Source of the DNA: an uncultured Maribacter sp.
GTDB taxonomy: Bacteria > Bacteroidota > Bacteroidia > Flavobacteriales > Flavobacteriaceae
Reading direction: 5' to 3'
NCBI GenBank assembly: GCA_947504045.1
Contig: CANNFY010000005.1
Span: 86,549 to 150,548 of the forward strand
DNA length: 64,000 nucleotides
In this document: in pieces, positions 40,304 through 49,955 of the stretch
Position numbering within the stretch: position 1 is the stretch's first letter
How the letters are laid out: every line of letters starts with the position of its first letter
Notes under the pieces: generated by a model
Seen by the model: only the letters and a program-made list of their open reading frames with translations
Told to the model about the DNA's origin: nothing
Databases searched by the model: none
Made by a program: the position numbers and the translations under genes

Positions 40304-40323
40304 TTACCCTATCGATTTAGTAG
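40304..40323. promoter_or_regulatory. operator-like site B, a second copy of site A
   Basis: TTACCCTATCGATTTAGTAG matches site A at 18 of 20 positions and lies exactly 80 bp from it. Confidence 0.4.
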
Positions 40324-40426
40324 ATTAATAAATAATTACGCTATTTATTAAGAATAATGAAGCTAAAAAAGTGATTTTGTAAATATTATAAACCAATAAA
40401 AAGGCTAAAAATCTTTTTTTAAAAGG

Positions 40427-40837
40427 CTAAACTAAGATATCTGCCAAGGTATTATTTCTATATACTTGTAAAGTACTGTCTCTTATTTGAAGCATTAATT
40501 TGTTAACCGAGCATGTGTGCTCATCCGGACAATCGTCGCACTTTTCATAAAAATTTAGACTTACACAGGGTACCATTGCTATAGGACCTTCTAGCACTCG
40601 CATAACATCTGTCATCAGAATATCTTTAGGTTCTTTTATAAGGTAATACCCACCTCCTTTACCTTTTTTGGAGCCCAAAAACCCTGTTTTTCGTAGACTT
40701 AACAAAATACTCTCTAAAAATTTTTGCGAAATATTTTCTTGTTTAGCAATTTCTGCTATTTGCACAGGCGCCTTATCTTTTTGCAATGCTAAAAAAGAAA
40801 GCGCTTTTAAGCCATATTTAGTTTTTTTGGAAAGCAT
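40427..40837 (-). CDS. Rrf2-family transcriptional regulator (IscR/CymR-like), likely Fe-S-binding
   Basis: MLSKKTKYGLKAL wHTH start and the Cys cluster C-x8-C-x2-C-x5-C (PCVSLNFYEKCDDCPDEHTC). Confidence 0.85.
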   Translation of the reverse strand: MLSKKTKYGLKALSFLALQKDKAPVQIAEIAKQENISQKFLESILLSLRKTGFLGSKKGKGGGYYLIKEPKDILMTDVMRVLEGPIAMVPCVSLNFYEKCDDCPDEHTCSVNKLMLQIRDSTLQVYRNNTLADILV

Positions 40838-41015
40838 AAGGCTAAGATAATTAAAATAGAACTTTATTGTCTAATTGCTAACTAGAATTACACTCTTAGA
40901 ATAAAAAGAATGTTTAAAATACCGGTTTCACTGAAAAAAAAACGCCTTTCACTGAATAGTGAATTTTCCGCAAAATTTAACTTAAACTTACTAGTTCTTA
41001 GTACTATAAATATTA

Positions 41016-42299
41016 ATGAAAAAAAACAATACTATGAAAATTAAATATTTAAATTATGCTTTTCAACTATTTCTAATAACACAATTAGCATTATTTACTG
41101 CTTGTAGTACGGATGATAGTGATACTAGTACTGATGATACAGAAGAAGACGCATCTAACGATGAAAATATAGACACAGATTCTTATATTTTAGTTGCAGA
41201 TACAAATAGCCAAGGTGCGTATATAATTAACCATGACGGGGATGAAATTTACGATTGGCAATTTAACAGAAGTCTTGGAAATGATATAAACCTTTTAGAT
41301 GACGGCAGCTTAGTTGTATGTTTAAAGGGAGATAATCCAGGAATTACCTTTGGAGGATATGGTGGAATAATGCGAAAAATTAATGCAGACCAAAGTATTG
41401 ACTGGGAAGTTTCTTATTACTCTGGGGATGATTATATGGCACACCATGATGTAGAATACTTATCTAACGGAAATATTATTTTTCCTGTTTGGGAAAAAAT
41501 AACAGCAACAGAAGCAAATAGTTTAGGGTTTTCTGAGAATATTGATGTTTTCCCAGACGCTATAATTGAAATGAACCCCTTAACAGAAGAAGTTGTTTGG
41601 GAATGGCATGTAATAGACCATTTAATACAAGATTATGATAGTACTAAAGAAAACTATGGTGTTGTTGCTGATAATCCAAATAAGATAGATATAAACTATA
41701 ACAACACACAAACTAACGGAGATTTAATGCACTTTAATGGACTAACATTAGATGAAACAAATGACATACTATATATTACTGTAAATAATTATAGCGAAGT
41801 TTGGGTTTTAGATCACAGCACAACAACGGAAGAAGCTAGCTCAAGTACAGGTGGCACTTACAACTTAGGAGGCGATTTAATTTACCGTTTTGGTAATCCT
41901 CTTGCGTATGACAATCCAGGAGATGTTACTTTAAATAACGTACACTATCCAAACTTATTAGATACTGGTAATATGCTTGTTTACGCTAATGATGTTTATG
42001 ATAACCAATCTGAAATTGTGGAGTATGAATTAAACCCTCCGTACCAATTAATTGCAGGAGAAAATAATGAACCTACAGTACCTTGGACTTTTACAGATAC
42101 AGAATTATATAGTGCCGGACTTGGTAGTGCGGTTAGAATGAGTAACGGAAATACCTTAATAGCAGAAGGTAGAGACGGTACTATATGGGAAGTAAGTGAT
42201 GATGGAGAAGTACTTTGGAAAAACACCAATTACAATACTGTTTGGAGAGCATATTCTTTTCTTAAAGAAGCACCAGCAATAAAAGCATTAGGCTTATAA
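41016..42299 (+). CDS. arylsulfotransferase (ASST)-like beta-propeller lipoprotein
   Basis: Lipoprotein signal LFTAC followed by the acidic STDDSDTSTDD. The MAHHDVEYLSNGNIIF and MHFNGLTLDE histidine blocks resemble the Arylsulfotran_2 family. Confidence 0.5.
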   Translation: MKKNNTMKIKYLNYAFQLFLITQLALFTACSTDDSDTSTDDTEEDASNDENIDTDSYILVADTNSQGAYIINHDGDEIYDWQFNRSLGNDINLLDDGSLVVCLKGDNPGITFGGYGGIMRKINADQSIDWEVSYYSGDDYMAHHDVEYLSNGNIIFPVWEKITATEANSLGFSENIDVFPDAIIEMNPLTEEVVWEWHVIDHLIQDYDSTKENYGVVADNPNKIDINYNNTQTNGDLMHFNGLTLDETNDILYITVNNYSEVWVLDHSTTTEEASSSTGGTYNLGGDLIYRFGNPLAYDNPGDVTLNNVHYPNLLDTGNMLVYANDVYDNQSEIVEYELNPPYQLIAGENNEPTVPWTFTDTELYSAGLGSAVRMSNGNTLIAEGRDGTIWEVSDDGEVLWKNTNYNTVWRAYSFLKEAPAIKALGL

Positions 42300-42312
42300 A
42301 ATTATAATGTAT

Positions 42313-42350
42313 AACGCCTAAATATTTAATAGATATTTAGGCGTTTTTTT
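42313..42350. terminator. terminator between convergent genes (strongest on the plus strand)
   Basis: 13-bp stem AACGCCTAAATAT / ATATTTAGGCGTT followed by TTTTTTT. Confidence 0.75.
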
Positions 42351-42364
42351 ATACTACTTTTTAT

Positions 42365-43525
42365 TTAACTAAGCGCTTGCTTTATATCTGCGATAATATC
42401 GTCTATATGTTCCAAACCAACAGAAACACGAACAGAACCATCTGTTATGCCAGATTCTAAACGCTCTTCTACAGACAATTTACTATGTGTTGTAGATGCA
42501 GGATGCGTAACAATACTTCTGGAGTCTCCTAAATTTGCTGATAACGATAATAGTTTAATACTGTCAAAAAACTTTTTACCCGCTTCTAGGCCACCTTTTA
42601 CCTCAAAAGCTACAATACTACCACCAGCCTTCATTTGCTTTTTAGCAACTTCATACATTGGGTGCGATTTTAAGAAAGGATATTTTACCCAACTAACTTT
42701 TGGATGGTCTTCTAAAAATTGAGCCAACTTTAAAGCATTTTCACAATGGCGATCTAAGCGTACTGCCAAAGTTTCTAAACTTTTGGTTAATACCCATGCG
42801 TTAAATGGCGATAATGCCGGACCCGTAATTCTAGAAAAACGGTATACCTTATCCATTAAATCTGCACTTCCTACCGTAATACCTGCCAAAACTCTTCCTT
42901 GGCCGTCCATTAGCTTGGTTCCTGAATGTATTACCAAATCTGCTCCAAATTTAATAGGTTGTTGTAAATAAGGTGTTGCAAAGCAATTATCTACAATAAA
43001 TATTAAATTATGTTTTTTTGCTATTTGCCCCAATTTCTCCAAATCTAAAACATCTACCCCCGGATTAGTTGGCGATTCTGCATATATTATTTTAGTTTTT
43101 GGTGTAATTAACGCTTCTGCAGCATCTAAATCATCAATAGAAAAATAACTACTTGTAACTCCCCATTTTGGTAAAAAATTAGTAAACAAAGTATGTGTAG
43201 ACCCAAAAATACTTCTTGCAGAAAGAATATGATCTCCTGTTTCTACTAATGCCGCCAATGTAGAAAAAACTGCTGCCATACCAGATGCAAATGCAAAACC
43301 AGATTCTGCACCTTCCATTTTACACACTTTTTCTACAAACTCATTACAAGTAGGGTTAGAATATCTTGTATAAATATTACGTTCTTTTTCTTCTGCAAAA
43401 GATGCTCTCATATCTTCCGCATCATTAAACACAAAACTAGAAGTTAAATACATTGGCGTAGAATGTTCTAAAAATTGCGTACGCTCTGTTTGTGTTCTTA
43501 TAGCTTCTGTTTCAAATTTTTTCAT
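42365..43525 (-). CDS. Cys/Met-metabolism PLP enzyme (cystathionine gamma-synthase / O-acylhomoserine sulfhydrylase, MetB/MetZ-like)
   Basis: HSGTKLMDGQG PLP-lysine block. About 386 aa. Last gene of the riboswitch-controlled operon. Confidence 0.8.
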   Translation of the reverse strand: MKKFETEAIRTQTERTQFLEHSTPMYLTSSFVFNDAEDMRASFAEEKERNIYTRYSNPTCNEFVEKVCKMEGAESGFAFASGMAAVFSTLAALVETGDHILSARSIFGSTHTLFTNFLPKWGVTSSYFSIDDLDAAEALITPKTKIIYAESPTNPGVDVLDLEKLGQIAKKHNLIFIVDNCFATPYLQQPIKFGADLVIHSGTKLMDGQGRVLAGITVGSADLMDKVYRFSRITGPALSPFNAWVLTKSLETLAVRLDRHCENALKLAQFLEDHPKVSWVKYPFLKSHPMYEVAKKQMKAGGSIVAFEVKGGLEAGKKFFDSIKLLSLSANLGDSRSIVTHPASTTHSKLSVEERLESGITDGSVRVSVGLEHIDDIIADIKQALS

Positions 43526-43530
43526 ATTTC

Positions 43531-46500
43531 TTAATTCTTTTCTACAATTCTTAATATATCTCCGAAAACCCCTCTTGCAGTAACTGCTGCTCCTGCTCCT
43601 GCTCCTTGTATTACCAGCGGATTTTCTCCGTACGATTCTGTGTAAATTTCTATAATAGAATCTGACCCTTTTATTTGTCCTAAAGCACTTTCTTTTGGCA
43701 CAGAAACCAACTTTACATCTAACTCTCCTTTTTCTTCTTGTAAATTTCCATGTAAATCCCCAACATAGCGTAATACATGGTTTGGTTTTTGATTCTTTTT
43801 TATTTTATTAAATGTATCATCTAGCATACTTAAATTATCTAGAAAATAATCTGTATCTCCCTTTTCTAATAAAGCAGGTATTAAATTTTGGATTTTTACA
43901 TCCGAAAATTCGTTTTGCAATTCTAATTCTCTAGCTAGTATCAATAATTTTCTTCCCACATCATTTCCTGACAAGTCTTCTCTTGGATCTGGCTCTGTAA
44001 ATCCTTTTTTCATAGCATCTTTTAAAATGGTAGAAAAAGGAGCATTTACTTCGGAAAATGTATTAAATATATAACTTAAAGAGCCCGAGAACACCCCTTT
44101 TATTCTTGTTATATTCTCTCCTGATAAATGCAACAATTTAATAGTATCTATTAAAGGTAATCCTGCCCCAACATTGGTTTCATATAAATATTGTTTTTGA
44201 TTTTTTGCTAATTCTTCTCTTAAAAGTTGGTAAAAATTAAACCCTAAAGTATTTGCTATTTTATTTGAAGAAACTATATCAAATCCGTTTTCTACAAAAT
44301 CAAAATAATTTGCCACAAAATCTTCACTAGCGGTATTATCTACTACAATTAAGTTTTCTAAATGGTGCCTTTTAGCATAATCAAAAATACTATTCAAGGT
44401 ATAAGACTCTCCTTTTTTACTTAATAAAGATTTCCAATTTTTAGATACCCCCTTTTTACTTAATAAAACTTTTTTAGAATTTGCAATAGCAAAAACCCTT
44501 AGATCTAGGCTTTTTCTTTTTTCTATATTTTTAGCAGATTTTAAAATTTGATCTATTAACGTTCCTCCTACATTACCATGACCAAAAACAGCTATATTTA
44601 TTTTTTTACTCATTCCAAAAACCTGACCATGCATTACATTTACAGCTTTATGCAAATCGGTCTTTTTTACTACCAAACTCACGTTTTTTCCAGTAACAGT
44701 ATTATTAAATAGTAATGGTACTATTTGGTTTTTTATTAAGGAATTATAAGGCTCATGAAACGTACTTAAATCTTGCCCTACAATAGAAATTACAGATACA
44801 TCACTTACCACTGTAATTCTATTAACATCTTTAGAAGTATAATCGTGCGTAAATTCTCTGTCTAATGCTTGTTTTGCTTTTTGAGCAATATCTGCATCAA
44901 CCACTAAACCAATACCACGTTCCGAAGAACCTTGAGAAATTATACTAACACTAATATTACTATCTCCTAAGGCTTTAAAAATACGAGCATCTACTCCTAC
45001 TTTTCCTAATAAACCACGGCCTTCTAAATTTATTAGCGCCACTTTTTCAATTACAGAAATAGACTTAATACCATCTTTACTTGTTTTGGCACTAATTAAA
45101 GTTCCTTCATTATCACTATTAAACGTATTTAAAATTCGAAGCGGAATATTTTTTTCTATTAATGGAATAATTGTTTTTGCATGTAATATTGATGCGCCAA
45201 AATTTGCCAGCTCATTAGCCTCGCTATATGATAATTCTGAAATACGCTTGGCATCTACTACAAAATCTGGGTTAGCTGTATAAATACCGTCTACATGGGT
45301 ATAATTTTGAAGCTCTGCAGCATCTAAAAAATTAGCTAATAAAGCTGCAGAATAATTACTTCCATTTCTACCCAAAGTGGTTGTATCGCCATTAACTGTA
45401 GAGGCTATAAAACCTGTAAAAACCGGAACGGTGCCTTTAGGCAATAAATTAAACTCTCTTAACACATTGTCTTTAGACAAGCTTTCTAAAACACTAGCAT
45501 CGCCATAATTTTCATTGGTTTTAATAAGTTGTCTAGAGTCCATTAATTGTGCTTTTATTCCTTTACCAATTAACAACTTAGTTACCAATTTTGCAGATAT
45601 TAACTCGCCATAAGCTAATACTTGATCTTTAATTTTAGAACTATAATCTCCTAATAACGCAACACCTTCAAAAAGCTGAAATAAGCTAGAAAACTCTTTA
45701 GATAAATTTATATTTTTAAAAGAGTGTTTTTGATACTTTTCAAAGGCATCAAAATCTTTTGTGTAATTTTTTCCGGATGCTGCTTTTTCTAAAATAAGTT
45801 CTAATTGGTCTGTAGCTTTTTCTCGAGCAGAAAGAACTACAGCTATACTTTCTCCTTCATTTACTTTATTAGAAATAATATCTAACACAAACCCTAAACC
45901 TTCTCCATTACTTAAAGATTTACCTCCAAATTTTAAAACTTTTACTTTCGTTTTTTCTTCCCCTTCATTAAAAATAGGGCTTAACAATTTTTGCATTTGA
46001 TCAAACTCTAATAAAAATGCATCATGGCCGTGTAACGATTGTACTTCGCCATAAGTAACATTACTATTTGCTTGCGCAATTTGCTTAAATGTTTCTCTAT
46101 TTTCTTTTGCTGTAAAAAACAAATCTGAATCTACTCCAATAATATGAATATTGGTTTCGCTATTCTGTAATTCGGTAAAAGCTTCTTTTCTTCCTCTGGT
46201 TATATCTATAGATTTTAAAAGTTGATTCATTAATTTATATGCGGATAACTGAAAACGTTCTTTCAATTTATCGCCATGATGCATTAACCAACTTTCAACA
46301 TTAAAAACCTGCAATTCTTCATTAGTACTACGTTTAAAACGCTCATTAAAAGATTCTGGCGTTCTATAACATAACATTGCATGCATACGAGCATCATGTA
46401 CAGGTTGTTTAGAGTTAACTAAAAACTGCTCTTGTATTTGACAATTTCCAATTAACCAATCTGTAGACTTCCAGTCAGATGCCACAGGTATTAAATGCTC

Positions 46501-46917
46501 TGTTAAATTGGGGTTTAAAGCTGCCATTTCCCAAGCAATACCACCTCCCATAGAGCCACCAATTATTGCAAACAAATTGGAAACTTCTAAAAGCTCTAAG
46601 CCTTTTAAAAAAATTCTTGCTATGTCTCTTGCTATAAAATCTTTATAATTTTCTATAATAAAACCATCATAACCGTTTCCGGGAACATTAAATGCTAAAA
46701 TAGTGTAAGTATTAGTGTCTATACATTTGTCTTCGCCAACAATTGCAGACCACCAACCATTCTCTCCAGTAACGTTAGAATTTCCTGTTAAAGCATGGTT
46801 TACTAAAACTACTGGAGCACTGTGTAAAGGTTTCCCGAATAACTGATAGGACAACGAAATATCTTGAGATATTCCGCTATATGTTTTATAATTATTTATT
46901 GTAAGATGATGTAACAT
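43531..46917 (-). CDS. trifunctional fusion: homoserine O-acetyltransferase (MetX) + aspartokinase + homoserine dehydrogenase
   Basis: Residues 1 to about 318 form an alpha/beta hydrolase with GGSMGG (Ser), GVDSD (Asp) and HGHDAF (His). Residues about 325-770 carry KFGGKSL, the aspartokinase core and ACT repeats. Residues about 772-1128 carry the FGHGNVGG Rossmann motif and the HSD core. Confidence 0.85.
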   Translation of the reverse strand: MLHHLTINNYKTYSGISQDISLSYQLFGKPLHSAPVVLVNHALTGNSNVTGENGWWSAIVGEDKCIDTNTYTILAFNVPGNGYDGFIIENYKDFIARDIARIFLKGLELLEVSNLFAIIGGSMGGGIAWEMAALNPNLTEHLIPVASDWKSTDWLIGNCQIQEQFLVNSKQPVHDARMHAMLCYRTPESFNERFKRSTNEELQVFNVESWLMHHGDKLKERFQLSAYKLMNQLLKSIDITRGRKEAFTELQNSETNIHIIGVDSDLFFTAKENRETFKQIAQANSNVTYGEVQSLHGHDAFLLEFDQMQKLLSPIFNEGEEKTKVKVLKFGGKSLSNGEGLGFVLDIISNKVNEGESIAVVLSAREKATDQLELILEKAASGKNYTKDFDAFEKYQKHSFKNINLSKEFSSLFQLFEGVALLGDYSSKIKDQVLAYGELISAKLVTKLLIGKGIKAQLMDSRQLIKTNENYGDASVLESLSKDNVLREFNLLPKGTVPVFTGFIASTVNGDTTTLGRNGSNYSAALLANFLDAAELQNYTHVDGIYTANPDFVVDAKRISELSYSEANELANFGASILHAKTIIPLIEKNIPLRILNTFNSDNEGTLISAKTSKDGIKSISVIEKVALINLEGRGLLGKVGVDARIFKALGDSNISVSIISQGSSERGIGLVVDADIAQKAKQALDREFTHDYTSKDVNRITVVSDVSVISIVGQDLSTFHEPYNSLIKNQIVPLLFNNTVTGKNVSLVVKKTDLHKAVNVMHGQVFGMSKKINIAVFGHGNVGGTLIDQILKSAKNIEKRKSLDLRVFAIANSKKVLLSKKGVSKNWKSLLSKKGESYTLNSIFDYAKRHHLENLIVVDNTASEDFVANYFDFVENGFDIVSSNKIANTLGFNFYQLLREELAKNQKQYLYETNVGAGLPLIDTIKLLHLSGENITRIKGVFSGSLSYIFNTFSEVNAPFSTILKDAMKKGFTEPDPREDLSGNDVGRKLLILARELELQNEFSDVKIQNLIPALLEKGDTDYFLDNLSMLDDTFNKIKKNQKPNHVLRYVGDLHGNLQEEKGELDVKLVSVPKESALGQIKGSDSIIEIYTESYGENPLVIQGAGAGAAVTARGVFGDILRIVEKN

Positions 46918-46949
46918 CGGGTATTTTTTAGGTAATTATTTTATTTAAT

Positions 46950-48224
46950 TTATAGCACTTTAAAAGCCTGCTCTAAATCGGCTTTTAAATCTGCTACATC
47001 TTCTAAACCAACAGACAAACGTATTAAATCTTGTCCAACTCCTGCCGCTGCTTGTTGTTCAACTGTTAACTGTTGGTGTGTGGTACTTGCTGGATGAATT
47101 ATTAGCGACTTTGTATCTCCAATATTTGCTAAAAGGGAAAATACAGTAGTAGCATCGGTTACTTTTTTGGCTGCTTCAAAACCTCCTTTTACACCAAAGG
47201 TTACTAAGCCACTTTGCCCTTTTGATAAATATTCTTTTGCTAAATCGTAATATTTACTACTTTTTAAACCTGGGTAATTTACCCAAGCAACCTCTTCTCT
47301 ACTTTCTAACCAAGTTGCCAACTCTAAAGCATTAGCACTATGTTGTTTTATTCTAACATTTAATGTTTCTAAACCTTGTATAATTTGAAAAGCATTATAT
47401 GGGCTAAGTGCTCCTCCAAAATCACGCAATCCTTCTAAAATTAATTTAAAAGTAAAAGCTGCCGCTCCTAAAGCCTCGCTATACACTAAACCATGATACC
47501 CAGCAGAAGGCTCTGTAAATTCTGGGAATTTTCCGTTTGCCCAATTAAAAGTACCGGCATCTATAATTGCTCCTCCTAAAGAAGTTCCTTGACCTCCAAT
47601 ATATTTTGTTAAAGAATGTATTACAAGATTTGCTCCATGCTCAATTGGGTTTAACAATGCAGGAGAAGCAACTGTATTATCTACAATAAAAGGAACCTCA
47701 GCAGTTTTTGCTTGTGCAGAAATACTTTTAAGATCTAATACATCTAATTTTGGGTTTCCTAACGATTCTACAAAAAATGCTCTTGTATTATCCTGTACCG
47801 CTTTACCAAAATTATCTGGGTCAGATGCATCTACAAAAGTAGTTGTTATACCTAGCCTAGGTAAAGTAACATTCAATAAATTAAAAGTACCACCATATAA
47901 ACTACTAGAAGCTACAATATGATCTCCCGCTTTTAATAAAGTTAATAAGCCTGTAGAAATTGCAGATGTACCAGATGCAAATACTACTGCTCCTACACCA
48001 CCTTCTACAGCAGCTAAACGATCTTGTAATATTTGATTTGTTGGGTTATTTAAACGTGTATAAATAAACCCTAATTCTTTTAAAGCAAATAAGTTTGCAG
48101 CATGATCCGTATCCTTAAAAACATAGGAAGATGTTTGGTAAATAGGTACAGCTCTTGTTCCTCCTGTTTGTGTAGTGTCATGCCCTGCATGTAATGCGTT
48201 TGTTGAAAATTTTTGATTACTCAT
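46950..48224 (-). CDS. metY: O-acetylhomoserine sulfhydrylase (aminocarboxypropyltransferase)
   Basis: HSLTKYIGGQG PLP-lysine block, about 424 aa, and a typical MetY N-terminus (FSTNALHAGH). Confidence 0.88.
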   Translation of the reverse strand: MSNQKFSTNALHAGHDTTQTGGTRAVPIYQTSSYVFKDTDHAANLFALKELGFIYTRLNNPTNQILQDRLAAVEGGVGAVVFASGTSAISTGLLTLLKAGDHIVASSSLYGGTFNLLNVTLPRLGITTTFVDASDPDNFGKAVQDNTRAFFVESLGNPKLDVLDLKSISAQAKTAEVPFIVDNTVASPALLNPIEHGANLVIHSLTKYIGGQGTSLGGAIIDAGTFNWANGKFPEFTEPSAGYHGLVYSEALGAAAFTFKLILEGLRDFGGALSPYNAFQIIQGLETLNVRIKQHSANALELATWLESREEVAWVNYPGLKSSKYYDLAKEYLSKGQSGLVTFGVKGGFEAAKKVTDATTVFSLLANIGDTKSLIIHPASTTHQQLTVEQQAAAGVGQDLIRLSVGLEDVADLKADLEQAFKVL

Positions 48225-48353
48225 GATTTTAATTTTTTAATTATTAATAATTAAAAAATTCAAACTACTAAAACACCGACAATGTGTTTACAGTAAAAAA
48301 ATCAAAGAGTTAAAAAGAAATTGGAAAGCAGCTAAGGTAAGTTAGCTTATTTC

Positions 48354-48470
48354 GTTATCTGCCTTTTAAATTATAGTAATATAATTTTTGGGTAGAATTT
48401 AGCACCTTCTTTGCGTACAAAGGGTTGCTAAGGTTTCATAGGGTCTAATCCCTCCACCTTTCTTGATAAC
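48354..48470 (-). promoter_or_regulatory. SAM-I (S-box) riboswitch aptamer
   Basis: The minus strand reads GUUAUCAAGAAAGGUGGAGGGAUUAGACCCUAUGAAACCUUAGCAACCCUUUGUACGCAAAGAAGGUGCUAAAUUCUACCC...GGCAGAUAAC. The P1 pairing GUUAUC/GAUAAC and the conserved GGAGGGA, CCC.AUGAAACC, GCAACC and GGUGCUAAAU blocks are all present. Confidence 0.9.
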
Positions 48471-48559
48471 TATTTAATATGTGTTTGAACTTTTGTTATT
48501 GCAAATATAAGTATGCATTTTTTTAAATTCCTAATTATAACCCATTTATTTAGAAAATA

Positions 48560-49816
48560 TTATAAATTAAAAGCAGCTTTAACGGCTTCTACCTTATCTA
48601 ATTTTTCCCATGTAAATAATTCTACTTCTTTTTCTACCCTACCATTATATGGCGATTCAAATATTTTAGTAATTGTTTTTGGTTCTTTTCCCATATGCCC
48701 ATATGCTGCTGATTCTAAATAAATAGGGTTACGTAATTTTAAACGTTCTTCTATAGCAAATGGTCGCATATCAAATAATTTTGCCACTTTTTCCGCAATA
48801 GCACCATCTGATAAATCTACATTTGCAGTACCGTAAGTATCTACAAAAATAGAGGTTGGCTCTACTACTCCTATGGCATAACTTACTTGTACTAATATTT
48901 CATCAGAAACACCTGCGGCAACTAAATTTTTAGCTACATGCCTTGCTGCATATGCAGCACTACGGTCTACCTTACTTGGGTCTTTACCACTAAATGCTCC
49001 TCCGCCATGTGCTCCCTTACCGCCATAGGTGTCTACAATAATTTTACGCCCTGTTAATCCTGTATCTCCGTGTGGTCCTCCAATTACAAATTTTCCTGTT
49101 GGGTTAACATGGTATATAATATCATCATTAAACAGCTTTTGTATATTTTTTGGCAATTGTGCTTTTACCCTAGGTATTAATACAGAAACTATATCTTTCT
49201 TTATTGTAGCTAACATAGCCTCATCGTCTTTATTAAAGGCATCGTGCTGTGTAGAAACTACGATAGTGTCTATACGTTGCGGTACATTTGTATCTGAATA
49301 CTCTATAGTTACTTGCGATTTGGCATCTGGTCGTAAATATGTAATTTCTTTATTTTCTCTTCTTAACTCTGCCAATACCTGAAGAATTTTATGAGAAATA
49401 TCTAAGGCCAGTGGCATATAATTTTCTGTTTCTTTGGTTGCATAACCAAACATCATTCCTTGATCCCCCGCTCCTTGTTCTTCTTTTTCTCCTCTGTCTA
49501 CACCTTGATTTATCTCTTTAGATTGCTCATGTATAAGAGATATAACACCACAAGAGTCTCCACTAAATTGGTATTCTCCTTTTGTATATCCTATTTTATT
49601 TATAACCTCTCTTGCTATATTTTGAACATCTAAGTAGGTATTACTTTTTACCTCTCCTGCTAAAACTACTTGCCCTGTTGTAACTAGAGTTTCACAAGCA
49701 ACTTTACTTTCTGGGTCAAAAGCTAAAAAGCTATCTAATAATGCATCACTAATTTGATCTGCAACTTTATCTGGGTGTCCTTCACTAACAGATTCTGATG
49801 TAAATAAATAAGACAT
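48560..49816 (-). CDS. metK: S-adenosylmethionine synthetase
   Basis: [17 protein letters not shown] and GGGAFSGKD motifs. Confidence 0.95.
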   Translation of the reverse strand: MSYLFTSESVSEGHPDKVADQISDALLDSFLAFDPESKVACETLVTTGQVVLAGEVKSNTYLDVQNIAREVINKIGYTKGEYQFSGDSCGVISLIHEQSKEINQGVDRGEKEEQGAGDQGMMFGYATKETENYMPLALDISHKILQVLAELRRENKEITYLRPDAKSQVTIEYSDTNVPQRIDTIVVSTQHDAFNKDDEAMLATIKKDIVSVLIPRVKAQLPKNIQKLFNDDIIYHVNPTGKFVIGGPHGDTGLTGRKIIVDTYGGKGAHGGGAFSGKDPSKVDRSAAYAARHVAKNLVAAGVSDEILVQVSYAIGVVEPTSIFVDTYGTANVDLSDGAIAEKVAKLFDMRPFAIEERLKLRNPIYLESAAYGHMGKEPKTITKIFESPYNGRVEKEVELFTWEKLDKVEAVKAAFNL

Positions 49817-49955
49817 AATTCTTTTTTAAAGAGGAAAATAACTGGCAAAATAAAAACGTAAGTAGATAGAATACCCTATACGGTGTACTAATATCTGTTT
49901 TAGCATTTTTTAGAGGTTGCAAGCAGTCAAATCTTTCCTCGTAGATTTTATGATG

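Noticed and set aside
48513-48722. 69-aa plus-strand ORF spanning the metK 3' end and the riboswitch promoter region
   Set aside because: It overlaps metK in antisense and the promoter box of the SAM-I leader, and it has no recognisable protein features.
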